Shown here: piece by piece, positions 16,916 through 24,942 of the stretch | Layout: each line of letters begins with the position of its first letter | Numbering within the stretch: the first letter of the stretch is position 1 | From: an uncultured Candidatus Saccharibacteria bacterium | GTDB taxonomy: Bacteria > Patescibacteriota > Dojkabacteria > SC72 | Length of the DNA stretch: 37,365 nucleotides | NCBI GenBank assembly: GCA_964487525.1 | Contig: CAZAQC010000004.1 | Location: 1-37,365, forward strand | Direction of reading: 5' to 3' | The notes under the pieces: model-generated | The model's input: only the letters and a program-made list of their open reading frames with translations | What the model was told of the DNA's origin: nothing | Database searches by the model: none | Made by a program: the position numbers and the translations under genes

Positions 16916-17620
16916 ATGGAACCTCACATTACTAAAATACAGAACTATTCAGTTACATACTTTAACAAAGAGGAACTAAAAATTCTCAAACAAGAAATAT
17001 TTCAAAACGAAATATATTCAGTAGATCTAAATGTTAAAAACCCCATAATCTATGATATTGGAGCACATATAGGATTGGCTACTCTGTATTTTAAAAGTAA
17101 GTATCCCAAATCAATCATTACCTGTTTTGAACCCAATCCAAATGTTATTCCATTGTTACAAGAGAATATTCAAGGAAATAATTTAAACAATATGAAAGTT
17201 CATTATACAGCGATAGCTGGTAAAGAAGGATACAAAGATCTTTACATCGACAACTCCGGATTAGGGGCATTTTCTACTTCTAGTTTTAGAAAAAATGCTT
17301 GGAACCATAAGCAGAAATCTTTACCCATTAAAGTGAAAGCTGAGGTTCTCAGTAAATATGTTGATAGCTATATTGATTTAATGAAGATAGATGTAGAGGG
17401 GACTGAAAGAGAAGTAATAAAAGAGCTACACCTAAAGAACAAACTTAAATATATTAAGAACTTATTAATTGAATATCATCCTATTAAGAATCACAAAATA
17501 TATGAAATAACATCAATTTTGGAAAAGAATGGGTTCGTAATTGAATACAAAGAAGAGGGAAAAGATATTGATAAACCTAAAGAAGAACTAATCCTTATAA
17601 TAGCCAAAAAGAGTATTTAA
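16916..17620 (+). CDS. FkbM-family SAM-dependent methyltransferase
   Basis: IYDIGAHIGLATLYF...CFEPNPNVIPLLQENI...MKIDVEGTEREVI. The track start TTG 16898 lies in the terminator T-run, so ATG 16916 is preferred. Confidence 0.75.
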   Translation: MEPHITKIQNYSVTYFNKEELKILKQEIFQNEIYSVDLNVKNPIIYDIGAHIGLATLYFKSKYPKSIITCFEPNPNVIPLLQENIQGNNLNNMKVHYTAIAGKEGYKDLYIDNSGLGAFSTSSFRKNAWNHKQKSLPIKVKAEVLSKYVDSYIDLMKIDVEGTEREVIKELHLKNKLKYIKNLLIEYHPIKNHKIYEITSILEKNGFVIEYKEEGKDIDKPKEELILIIAKKSI

Positions 17621-18619
17621 TAACCTAAAAAACAAATTTCTGTTTGTGTTGAATAACCCATACAACTCTTTCGCAATTTTTTTACTATCATGCCTTACTA
17701 AACTTCTCTTCAATTCATCTCCCTTTTGCTTTTTGATAGGATCAAAAGCTACTAAATCTCTTCTAACGACTACTCTACCATTCCCATCCTCCAAATCATC
17801 TTGTAAAAGATGTTCACCATCTTCTATATACCTTTTATATGCCTCAGAAGGAACTTTACCATTATTTACCAATATGTAGTCTAATTTTCTACCAATATAT
17901 TTCTCTATAATCTCTACTATTTCTTTCTGTGTTTTGTTCCTAGTCTGCCCAATCTTACTCATTAAATTACTGATATATATGATCTTGGCTTTACTCTTTT
18001 TAACCTCTTCACACACTCCATCTGCTAAAAAGTTAGGAATCAATGTAGTATACAAATCTCCAGGACCTAGAATTATATAATCTGCTCCCCTAATTGCCTC
18101 TAAAGCATTCTCTTGTGCCTTAGCAGAAGAATCTAGGTAGAAATTCACTATATCCTTGTGTACATCAGGTTCATCAATATAATGCTCACCAACAACTTTG
18201 CTACCATCGTCATACTCTGCTACCAATCTCACATCATCTAAAGTAACTGGTATTACATCTCCTCTAACACTAAAAAGGGTTTTAAACATCTCAATAGCCT
18301 CTATCTCGGATCCCAATATATCTGTCATAGCTATCATCAGAAGATTTCCCATTGTATGACCTTTCATACTATTTTCATTTGAGAATCTGTAAGTGAATAG
18401 CTTCCTCAAAACCTCATTACTTTGAGAATCAGACAGTGCTAGAATCGATTTCCTTACATCACTAAGCGGTAAAAGTCCAAATTCATCTCTAACTGTAGCA
18501 TTGCTACCTCCATCATCCATCATTCCAACAATTACAGATATATTTAATTCTTTTACTTCTTTAAGGCCTTCAAGTACAACTGTAGAGCCTGTTCCTCCTC
18601 CAATAACGACAATATTCAT
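17588..18619 (-). CDS. yvcK: YvcK/CofD-family (UPF0052) gluconeogenesis-factor-like protein
   Basis: MNIVVIGGGTGSTVVLEGLK...VIVGMMDDGGSNATVRDEFGLLPLSDVRKS...IILGPGDLYTTLIPNFL. The 3' end overlaps the FkbM gene by 33 nt (convergent). Confidence 0.85.
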   Translation of the reverse strand: MNIVVIGGGTGSTVVLEGLKEVKELNISVIVGMMDDGGSNATVRDEFGLLPLSDVRKSILALSDSQSNEVLRKLFTYRFSNENSMKGHTMGNLLMIAMTDILGSEIEAIEMFKTLFSVRGDVIPVTLDDVRLVAEYDDGSKVVGEHYIDEPDVHKDIVNFYLDSSAKAQENALEAIRGADYIILGPGDLYTTLIPNFLADGVCEEVKKSKAKIIYISNLMSKIGQTRNKTQKEIVEIIEKYIGRKLDYILVNNGKVPSEAYKRYIEDGEHLLQDDLEDGNGRVVVRRDLVAFDPIKKQKGDELKRSLVRHDSKKIAKELYGLFNTNRNLFFRLLNTLFGYYKD

Positions 18620-18640
18620 GAAAAAAGTATACCATTTTCG

Positions 18641-18649
18641 TGGTATAAT
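18641..18649 (+). promoter_or_regulatory. Extended -10 element TGgTATAAT upstream of carD
   Basis: Read directly. It ends 28 nt upstream of the ATG at 18678. Confidence 0.4.
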
Positions 18650-18677
18650 AGCGTATTAATATTAAGAAAACATCATT

Positions 18678-19199
18678 ATGAAGTTCAAAGTAGGATCTAA
18701 AGTGTTTTACCCTTCACACGGTGCCGGATGGATTAAGAAAGAGAAAGAGATAGAATTTAATGGAGAAAAGAAAAGATACTTTGAATTTGAATTAATTACT
18801 AACCCTTTAAGTATTTCTACCCCAGTAGATAATGTTGAGAACCTTGGAATAAGGTATGTTCTACCAGCAGACAAGATAAAGGAGAGTATAAAGGTGCTTA
18901 AAAAGAACCCAAGCTTAAATCCAAAAGTAAAAGATTTCAATATGATGCTTAATATGTTTAAGGATTTAGAAGAGAGTTCTGAACTTGGAGCATCAATACA
19001 GATTATTCAGTATTGTAACTATGTTAAGAAAACAAGAGAGAAGGAAGGTAGATTAATACCAATAAGTATAGAGAAACAGTTAGAGAACGCAGTAAGAAAT
19101 ATAGTTGGAGAGTTAGCTATGTCTAGTGGTATTTCATTAGAGACCGCTTCTAAACATTTCTTAAAAATTACAGGTATAGATGTCGATATAGAAGATTAG
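18678..19199 (+). CDS. carD: CarD/CdnL-family RNA-polymerase-binding transcription factor
   Basis: 173 aa. The N-terminal Tudor-like module FKVGSKVFYPSHGAGWIKKEKEIEFNGEKKRYFEFEL is typical of CarD_CdnL_TRCF. Confidence 0.85.
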   Translation: MKFKVGSKVFYPSHGAGWIKKEKEIEFNGEKKRYFEFELITNPLSISTPVDNVENLGIRYVLPADKIKESIKVLKKNPSLNPKVKDFNMMLNMFKDLEESSELGASIQIIQYCNYVKKTREKEGRLIPISIEKQLENAVRNIVGELAMSSGISLETASKHFLKITGIDVDIED

Positions 19200-22093
19200 T
19201 TAATCTTTATAAGAACATTAGTATCAGATATCTTAAATTCACCGTCTGGATTTTCTAAAGATTCTACTACAGCAACACTACTTGCTTGCATCTGATCTTT
19301 ATTACTCTCAACATATTTCTTTAATATATCTACAGAATCTCCATCCTTAAAAGATATTTCAATATTTACTAAGTCTTCCATCTTAAGACCTCTCTTTTTT
19401 CTTAGATCCCTATACTTTCTTACAAAATCATTGCCTATTCCTTCAGCCCTAAGTTCTTCTCCTAAAACTGTATATAAGGAAACGAACATTTCATTGTCCC
19501 CTACAGTAACATATTCTTCTTCTTTTTGAGATTCTTCTGAACAGAAAACTTCTTTAACATTTAATTCTTCTTTTACTATCTCTTTTACATATTCATCATC
19601 TACCCCTATATACACTTTTGACAATGGTTGCCTTAGGCTTAGTTTAGCCAATTCTCTTGCTTTAAGACCATTAGTACAAACATTTCTAGCGATATTCATT
19701 TTATCAAGTAATTTTTCATCTATCTCTTTTTCATCATATTCTGGATAATTTTCTAGATGAACTGATTCTTTAGAATCTTCAATTCCTAAATTCAAACTTA
19801 TATTCATATATATTTCATCTGATATAAAGGGAATAAAAGGTGAAAGTAATTTAGCAAGATTAACAAGGACAAAATGTAATGTCCCAATAGCGTTGTTATC
19901 CCCATTCTTAAACCTGTTCCTAGATCTTCTTATGTACCACTGAGACAAATCTTTAACAAAATCCTCTATCTCCCTTGAGGAAGAAGCCATATTGTATTTA
20001 TCCATGTATTCTGAAACTCTAATTGTTAACTGTTTCATTTTAGCGATTATCCATTTATCCATAACATTTTCAATTTTTTTACTATCATATTTCTCTGGAT
20101 TCCATTCATTCAATTTTGCGTAAGTAACTAAATAGTTATATGTATTCCATAGAGGGAGATAGAACCTTCTCCTTACATCATCCAAGATTGTAAATCCAAA
20201 CCTCATATTTGCTCCAACAGAGGAGGTTAAGAAATTCCATCTAATTAAATCTATGCCTACTTTGTCTGCTGCTTCATCTAATGGAATGTAATTATGAGCC
20301 GTCTTACTCATCTTCTGATTCTTTTCGTCTCTTAATTCAGCAAATCCCAATACCTCTTTGTACGGTATTTTACCTTCTAATACAACTCCAAATACGAGCA
20401 TTGAATAGAACCAAAGCCTAACCTGTTCTATCATTTCTACAACAAAATCTGCAGGATACCATTTTTCCCAATATTTTCTATCCTCTAAATATTTTAATGT
20501 AGAGAATGGAACTACTCCAGCATCTAACCAACAATCTCCTACATCTGTTACCCTTTCAACTTCTTCTCCACATTTAGAACATTTTATTTTAATCTCATCT
20601 ATCCATGGCCTATGTATACTCACTAATTTATCTACTAATTCTGGTTCTACAGCCTGTTTTCTTAATTCTTCCTTACTCCCAATAACATTAAGATGTCCGC
20701 ATTTATTACATTCATAGAAAGGTAGAGCTAAACCATAGAATCTTTTTCTACTGATCATCCAATCTCCCATATTATCTAACCAATCCAACATTCTTTTTTC
20801 AACATATTCAGGAATCCATCTAGCACTACTGGCTTCTCTTTTTAAATCTCCCCTAATCTTTTGTACACTTATGAACCAGTTATCTTCCAACCTAAACAGA
20901 CATTTTGTCTTACATCTCCAACAATGAGGATACGCATGTTCATATTCTTCTGTTTTAAATAGTAGCTTTTCCTTCTCTAAGTACTCAATAACCTGATCAG
21001 CAACATCATGAGCATACTTACCACTTAGATCTCCATATCCATCTGTAAAATGTCCTGAAGTATCAAGAGGAGAAATAGCTGGAACTCCTAACTTCTGTCC
21101 TAATTCAAAGTCTTCCTGTCCACATCCAGGAGCAATATGTACAACTCCTGATCCACTTTCTGAATCAACCAAATCCCATTCCACCAAATAATGATCAACA
21201 CCTTTCTGTGCAGGAATATCAAAAAGAGTCTCATATTTTCTTCCTATTAAATCTTTTACATCCACATCCTCTGTGTCTTCAATACCCAACCTATGTGAGG
21301 CTTTCTTTCCAAGATATACTACTTTGTCTTCTATCTTCGTCTTCACATATTCAAGTTCTGCATTTACAGCCAAAAGAACATTTGCGGAAAGAGTCCAAGG
21401 TGTTGTAGTCCAAGCTAATACATACTCATTGTCTGAATCTTTTAATTTAAAAAGAACATACACTGCTTTGTCAGATATTGTTTGATAGGCATCCGCCTGT
21501 TCATGCTGAGATAACCCTGTCTCACATCTTGGACACCATGTGGTAGATGATTTGCTTTTGTATATTAAATCTTTTTCTTGACACTTCTTAAGAAAATTCC
21601 AAATATACAAATTGTTTGTTTCTGACATAGTATAGTAACTATTTTCCCAATCCATAAACATTCCTAATCTTTTAGATTGGTCTGTTTGAACCGCTGCATA
21701 TTTGTTCACCCTAGCTACACATGCGTTTGTAAAATTATCCATACCATATTCCAAAATATCCTTCTTACTGTTAAATCCTAAATCCTTCTCAACTTGAACT
21801 TCTACCCATAATCCTTGGCAATCAAAACCATTTTGAAATCTCTGTTCAAACCCTTTTAAATTCTTGTATCTTTGTACAGTATCTTTATATGTCCTTCCCC
21901 AAGCGTGATGAACACCCATTGGATTATTTGCAGTAATAGGACCATCTATAAATGAGAATTTCTTTTTAGAATCTTTGTTCTTTTCTAAATATTTTTTAAC
22001 AATACCCTTCTCCTCCCAATAACTGAGTAAATCTTTTTCCATCTGTACAAAATCTTGTACTGGGTTTACATCCTTAAGATTCTTTACATCCAT
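19196..22093 (-). CDS. ileS: Isoleucyl-tRNA synthetase (type 2-like, divergent signature motifs)
   Basis: WTTTPWTLSANVLLAV (IleRS editing-domain hallmark), KMSKT, and Zn-type CxxC pairs. The track start is TTG 22102. ATG at 22093 is preferred, giving 965 aa. A T-box leader precedes it. Confidence 0.9.
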   Translation of the reverse strand: MDVKNLKDVNPVQDFVQMEKDLLSYWEEKGIVKKYLEKNKDSKKKFSFIDGPITANNPMGVHHAWGRTYKDTVQRYKNLKGFEQRFQNGFDCQGLWVEVQVEKDLGFNSKKDILEYGMDNFTNACVARVNKYAAVQTDQSKRLGMFMDWENSYYTMSETNNLYIWNFLKKCQEKDLIYKSKSSTTWCPRCETGLSQHEQADAYQTISDKAVYVLFKLKDSDNEYVLAWTTTPWTLSANVLLAVNAELEYVKTKIEDKVVYLGKKASHRLGIEDTEDVDVKDLIGRKYETLFDIPAQKGVDHYLVEWDLVDSESGSGVVHIAPGCGQEDFELGQKLGVPAISPLDTSGHFTDGYGDLSGKYAHDVADQVIEYLEKEKLLFKTEEYEHAYPHCWRCKTKCLFRLEDNWFISVQKIRGDLKREASSARWIPEYVEKRMLDWLDNMGDWMISRKRFYGLALPFYECNKCGHLNVIGSKEELRKQAVEPELVDKLVSIHRPWIDEIKIKCSKCGEEVERVTDVGDCWLDAGVVPFSTLKYLEDRKYWEKWYPADFVVEMIEQVRLWFYSMLVFGVVLEGKIPYKEVLGFAELRDEKNQKMSKTAHNYIPLDEAADKVGIDLIRWNFLTSSVGANMRFGFTILDDVRRRFYLPLWNTYNYLVTYAKLNEWNPEKYDSKKIENVMDKWIIAKMKQLTIRVSEYMDKYNMASSSREIEDFVKDLSQWYIRRSRNRFKNGDNNAIGTLHFVLVNLAKLLSPFIPFISDEIYMNISLNLGIEDSKESVHLENYPEYDEKEIDEKLLDKMNIARNVCTNGLKARELAKLSLRQPLSKVYIGVDDEYVKEIVKEELNVKEVFCSEESQKEEEYVTVGDNEMFVSLYTVLGEELRAEGIGNDFVRKYRDLRKKRGLKMEDLVNIEISFKDGDSVDILKKYVESNKDQMQASSVAVVESLENPDGEFKISDTNVLIKIN

Positions 22094-22102
22094 TAATATC
22101 AA

Positions 22103-22329
22103 AGTATAAAATTAAAACCCCCTTGTTAAAACTAACATACAGTATATATTAATCTTAACAAAGGGGCGAACTATTTAGTACGCGGTACCACCCTAATTTT
22201 TTCTTAACCGCAATAACTTACGGTTTCAGTAATTATCGATTACTAATCGTTGGATTCTACTCGTTATCTCTAACTTTCTTTCCACCACTAACCAGTGATA
22301 GCTGGATCAAAGTGTAATTCATTATATCA
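22103..22329 (-). promoter_or_regulatory. T-box riboswitch leader of ileS, including its TGaTATAAT promoter
   Basis: Minus strand AAUUAGGGUGGUACCGCG (22198..22181) matches the T-box consensus. Antiterminator pairing is AGGG/CCCU and GCG/CGC around a UGGUACC bulge. A Stem III-like hairpin AACCG...CGGUU lies just upstream. Extended -10 TGATATAAT at 22329..22321. Confidence 0.85.
22108..22166 (-). terminator. T-box terminator helix plus U-tract
   Basis: On the minus strand, CCCCUUUGUUAA (22166..22155) pairs with UUAACAAGGGGG (22129..22118): 12 bp including one G-U, with a 25-nt loop. UUUUAAUUUU follows. Confidence 0.75.
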
Positions 22330-22341
22330 AACCAAAGAAAG

Positions 22342-22466
22342 AGTGAAAAGGGAGGATGACTAATATGAAATTGTGCGCATCCTCCCCGGAAGCCTACCCG
22401 CCGCCTAAAGTAGACAGACTCCCTCCCTCATTAATGACCTCCCGGTCATGAAGTATCCCCATTATA
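22342..22466. other. Strand-asymmetric C-rich(+)/G-rich(-) island: candidate sRNA (minus) or sORF/leader (plus)
   Basis: GC is far above the local background. On the plus strand, GGGAGGAUG (22350..22358) pairs with CAUCCUCCC (22378..22386), and a hairpin AUGACC-UCCC-GGUCAU lies at 22434..22449. An sORF spans 22356/22365..22451. On the minus strand, TATAAT lies at 22466..22461 and the 9-bp hairpin is followed by UUUUCACUCUUUCUUU. Confidence 0.35.
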
Positions 22467-22523
22467 TTAAATCTTCCTTTAAAAAGCTAGATATACAGCC
22501 CTCTTCCGGTATATAATGAGGAT

Positions 22524-24281
22524 ATGAAAACAAACTGGAATCTCAAATTACTCTACAAATCAATTAACGATCCACAAATAGAAAAAGATATTCAAATATC
22601 TAAGAAAAAGATCACCAACTTTGTTAAAAAATGGAAAGAGACTACTAAGTACATAAATGATCCCAAAACACTCAAAGAGGCTCTAGACGAGTATGAGATG
22701 CTATTTTCAAGTACAGGAATTTGTGACAAACCATCCTACTACCTCATCCTTCTAAACAATCTAGATCAAACAGATACCAATATTAAAGGGAAGCTAAACA
22801 AGCTAAATGACATAACTACTAAACTTTCAAATGACATTCAATTTTTTGAATTAAATATTGCAAAGATTGAAAAAGAAAAACAAAAGAAATTCCTTACATC
22901 ATCTCTACTCAAAGATTACAAACATTTCTTAGAATCTCTTTTTAAATCTTCCCTGTACCTACTCAGTGACAAAGAAGAAAAGATCTTCAATCTAACAAGT
23001 AAGACATCTTACTCTAATTGGGCAGATATGCTTTCAGAACTACTCGACAAACAGAATATGGATATTATTGATGAAGAAGGAAAGAAGAAGAATATAACAT
23101 ACAATGAGATATTCAAGTATCTAGATTCTAAAAATAAAAAAGTTAGAGATTATGCTTCAAAAGAATTTAATAAAATAAATGAAAAATATTTAGAAATTGC
23201 AGAATTTGAAATTAACTCCATACTTGAAAGTAAAAAGATAAATGATGAGTATAGAGGAGTACCTAGACCTGATTTTTTGAGACATCTGTCAGACGATATA
23301 GATACGGAAGTAGTAGATACATTGGTAAAGGTTGTAACAGAAAATTTTGATATATCTAAAAAATATTACACTAAGAAAGCAAAATTCCTTGGACAAAAGA
23401 AATTAGGCTACTATGAAAGAAATGTTCCTGTGGGAGATATAGAGAAGGAATATACATTTGAAGAAGGAATTAAATTGGTAAAGAAATCTTTTAAAAATAT
23501 AGATATAGAATTCTTGAACAGTGTTAACAAGTTCATAGATGAAGGCCACTATGATGTATTTCCAAAAAAATCTAAATCAGGGGGAGGATTTTGTATAACT
23601 ATAAATAAGAATCTACCAACATATATACTTTTAAATCATAATAATAAACTAAACGATGTTCTCACAATAGCACACGAAAGTGGCCATGGTATTCACTCAG
23701 AGATGTCTAAGAAACAAAATTCTTTAAATAGTGGATATCCTACATCTTTAGCAGAGGTAGCTAGTACATTTTTTGAAGATTTTGTATTAGAAGAGATCCT
23801 TAATACTGCTGATGAAAATCTCAAGTTTAATATATTGGCACAAAAACTTAACTCTGACATATCCTCAATATTTAGACAGGTAGCTTTTTATAATTTTGAG
23901 AAAGAATTACATTCCTCTTTTAAAGAAAAAGGATATCTAAACAAAGAATATATTTCTGACCTCTTCTGTAAACATATGAAGGCATATTTAGGAGATAGTG
24001 TTAAAGAAGATGAAGGCATGAGAAGTGGATGGATATATGTTAGCCATTTTAGAAGATTCTTTTATGTATATTCATATGCTAGTGGATTGTTAATATCTAA
24101 AGCATTACAAAGAATGTTTAAAGGAGACAAAAGAAATGTAAGATATATTAAAGAATTTTTAAGTTCCGGCAGTACTAAATCACCTTTAGAATTGTTTAGA
24201 GGTATGGGAATTGATATAACTAAGCCAGAATTTTGGCAATATGGAATTAGCGAGACAAATGATTTACTTGAACTGCTATAG
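22524..24281 (+). CDS. pepF: Oligoendopeptidase F (M3B family)
   Basis: 585 aa. HESGHGIHS zinc motif with the typical M3B length and C-terminal pattern (SGGS...PLELF). Confidence 0.85.
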   Translation: MKTNWNLKLLYKSINDPQIEKDIQISKKKITNFVKKWKETTKYINDPKTLKEALDEYEMLFSSTGICDKPSYYLILLNNLDQTDTNIKGKLNKLNDITTKLSNDIQFFELNIAKIEKEKQKKFLTSSLLKDYKHFLESLFKSSLYLLSDKEEKIFNLTSKTSYSNWADMLSELLDKQNMDIIDEEGKKKNITYNEIFKYLDSKNKKVRDYASKEFNKINEKYLEIAEFEINSILESKKINDEYRGVPRPDFLRHLSDDIDTEVVDTLVKVVTENFDISKKYYTKKAKFLGQKKLGYYERNVPVGDIEKEYTFEEGIKLVKKSFKNIDIEFLNSVNKFIDEGHYDVFPKKSKSGGGFCITINKNLPTYILLNHNNKLNDVLTIAHESGHGIHSEMSKKQNSLNSGYPTSLAEVASTFFEDFVLEEILNTADENLKFNILAQKLNSDISSIFRQVAFYNFEKELHSSFKEKGYLNKEYISDLFCKHMKAYLGDSVKEDEGMRSGWIYVSHFRRFFYVYSYASGLLISKALQRMFKGDKRNVRYIKEFLSSGSTKSPLELFRGMGIDITKPEFWQYGISETNDLLELL

Positions 24282-24833
24282 GTTTTCTATATCTTTGTAC
24301 GCTTTAAGAAGATATCCTGGATATGCACTCGGAGAGCTTTCATATAACATAATATTGTCTATTGTTTCTGGCTTAATAAATTTCAAAACCGAATTACTTC
24401 TTAGTATTTTGGGATGATTAGTAAGAAATCCTTTTCTCCAATAACTATCAATTCTTATATCATTCACTCTTTCACCCTTCACCAATAAAGCACTATTATT
24501 ATCTAAAAATGGATATACATTGCCTCCACCAATATACCTTGGTGCCATTCTCCATAGTACTACCATATCAGAGCCATCTTCTTTCTCTGCACATGTTGGT
24601 ACAACACTTTCATACCTAGTAATTAATTTATTCTTATTCAAATATTCAAACTGTTTTTTAATTTCTTGTATTACTAATAATGGCTCTTTTTCAAGTATTT
24701 CTTTGAATGGGTCCTGAGCAATAATTTGAGAAATCAAATCATTATTTAAATTAACATCTAAATCAAGAGCAGAATATAAACCATCAGTACTACTATATTT
24801 CTCTGAAGAAAAATCTTTTGAGTCCGTTAGCAT
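24276..24833 (-). CDS. Hypothetical protein (185 aa), immediately downstream of gltX and tRNA-Gln on the same strand
   Basis: ORF with ATG 27 nt after the tRNA-Gln 3' end. No motif recognised. Confidence 0.5.
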   Translation of the reverse strand: MLTDSKDFSSEKYSSTDGLYSALDLDVNLNNDLISQIIAQDPFKEILEKEPLLVIQEIKKQFEYLNKNKLITRYESVVPTCAEKEDGSDMVVLWRMAPRYIGGGNVYPFLDNNSALLVKGERVNDIRIDSYWRKGFLTNHPKILRSNSVLKFIKPETIDNIMLYESSPSAYPGYLLKAYKDIENL

Positions 24834-24859
24834 GTTTTTATCTTTAATAAATTAATACT

Positions 24860-24930
24860 TTGCCGGACCTAGATTCGAACTAGAATTAACGGTTCCAGAG
24901 ACCGCCGTCCTACCATTAGACGATCCGGCA
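24860..24930 (-). tRNA. tRNA-Gln (anticodon CTG)
   Basis: Hand fold of the reverse complement: acceptor TGCCGGA/TCCGGCA (U1-A72), U8, D-arm GTCT/GGAC, anticodon stem GCGGT/ACCGT with loop CTCTGGA, T-arm TCTAG-TTCGAAT-CTAGG. Confidence 0.88.
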
Positions 24931-24942
24931 TTAATGATGACA

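Noticed and set aside
22342-22466. SRP (4.5S) RNA, 6S, tmRNA, RNase P or a fluoride/guanidine/ZTP/c-di-GMP riboswitch as the identity of the GC-rich island.
   Set aside because: It lacks the SRP domain IV core (AGGUCCGGAAGGAAGCAGC-like), the RNase P GAGGAAAGUCC and tRNA-like ends. The strand is too purine/pyrimidine-skewed to fold into a long helix. Resemblances to riboswitch cores were only 5-7 nt.
22342-22466. G-quadruplex on the minus strand (five G3+ runs).
   Set aside because: The loops between runs would be 9-21 nt, too long for a stable canonical G4. The observation is subsumed in the island finding.
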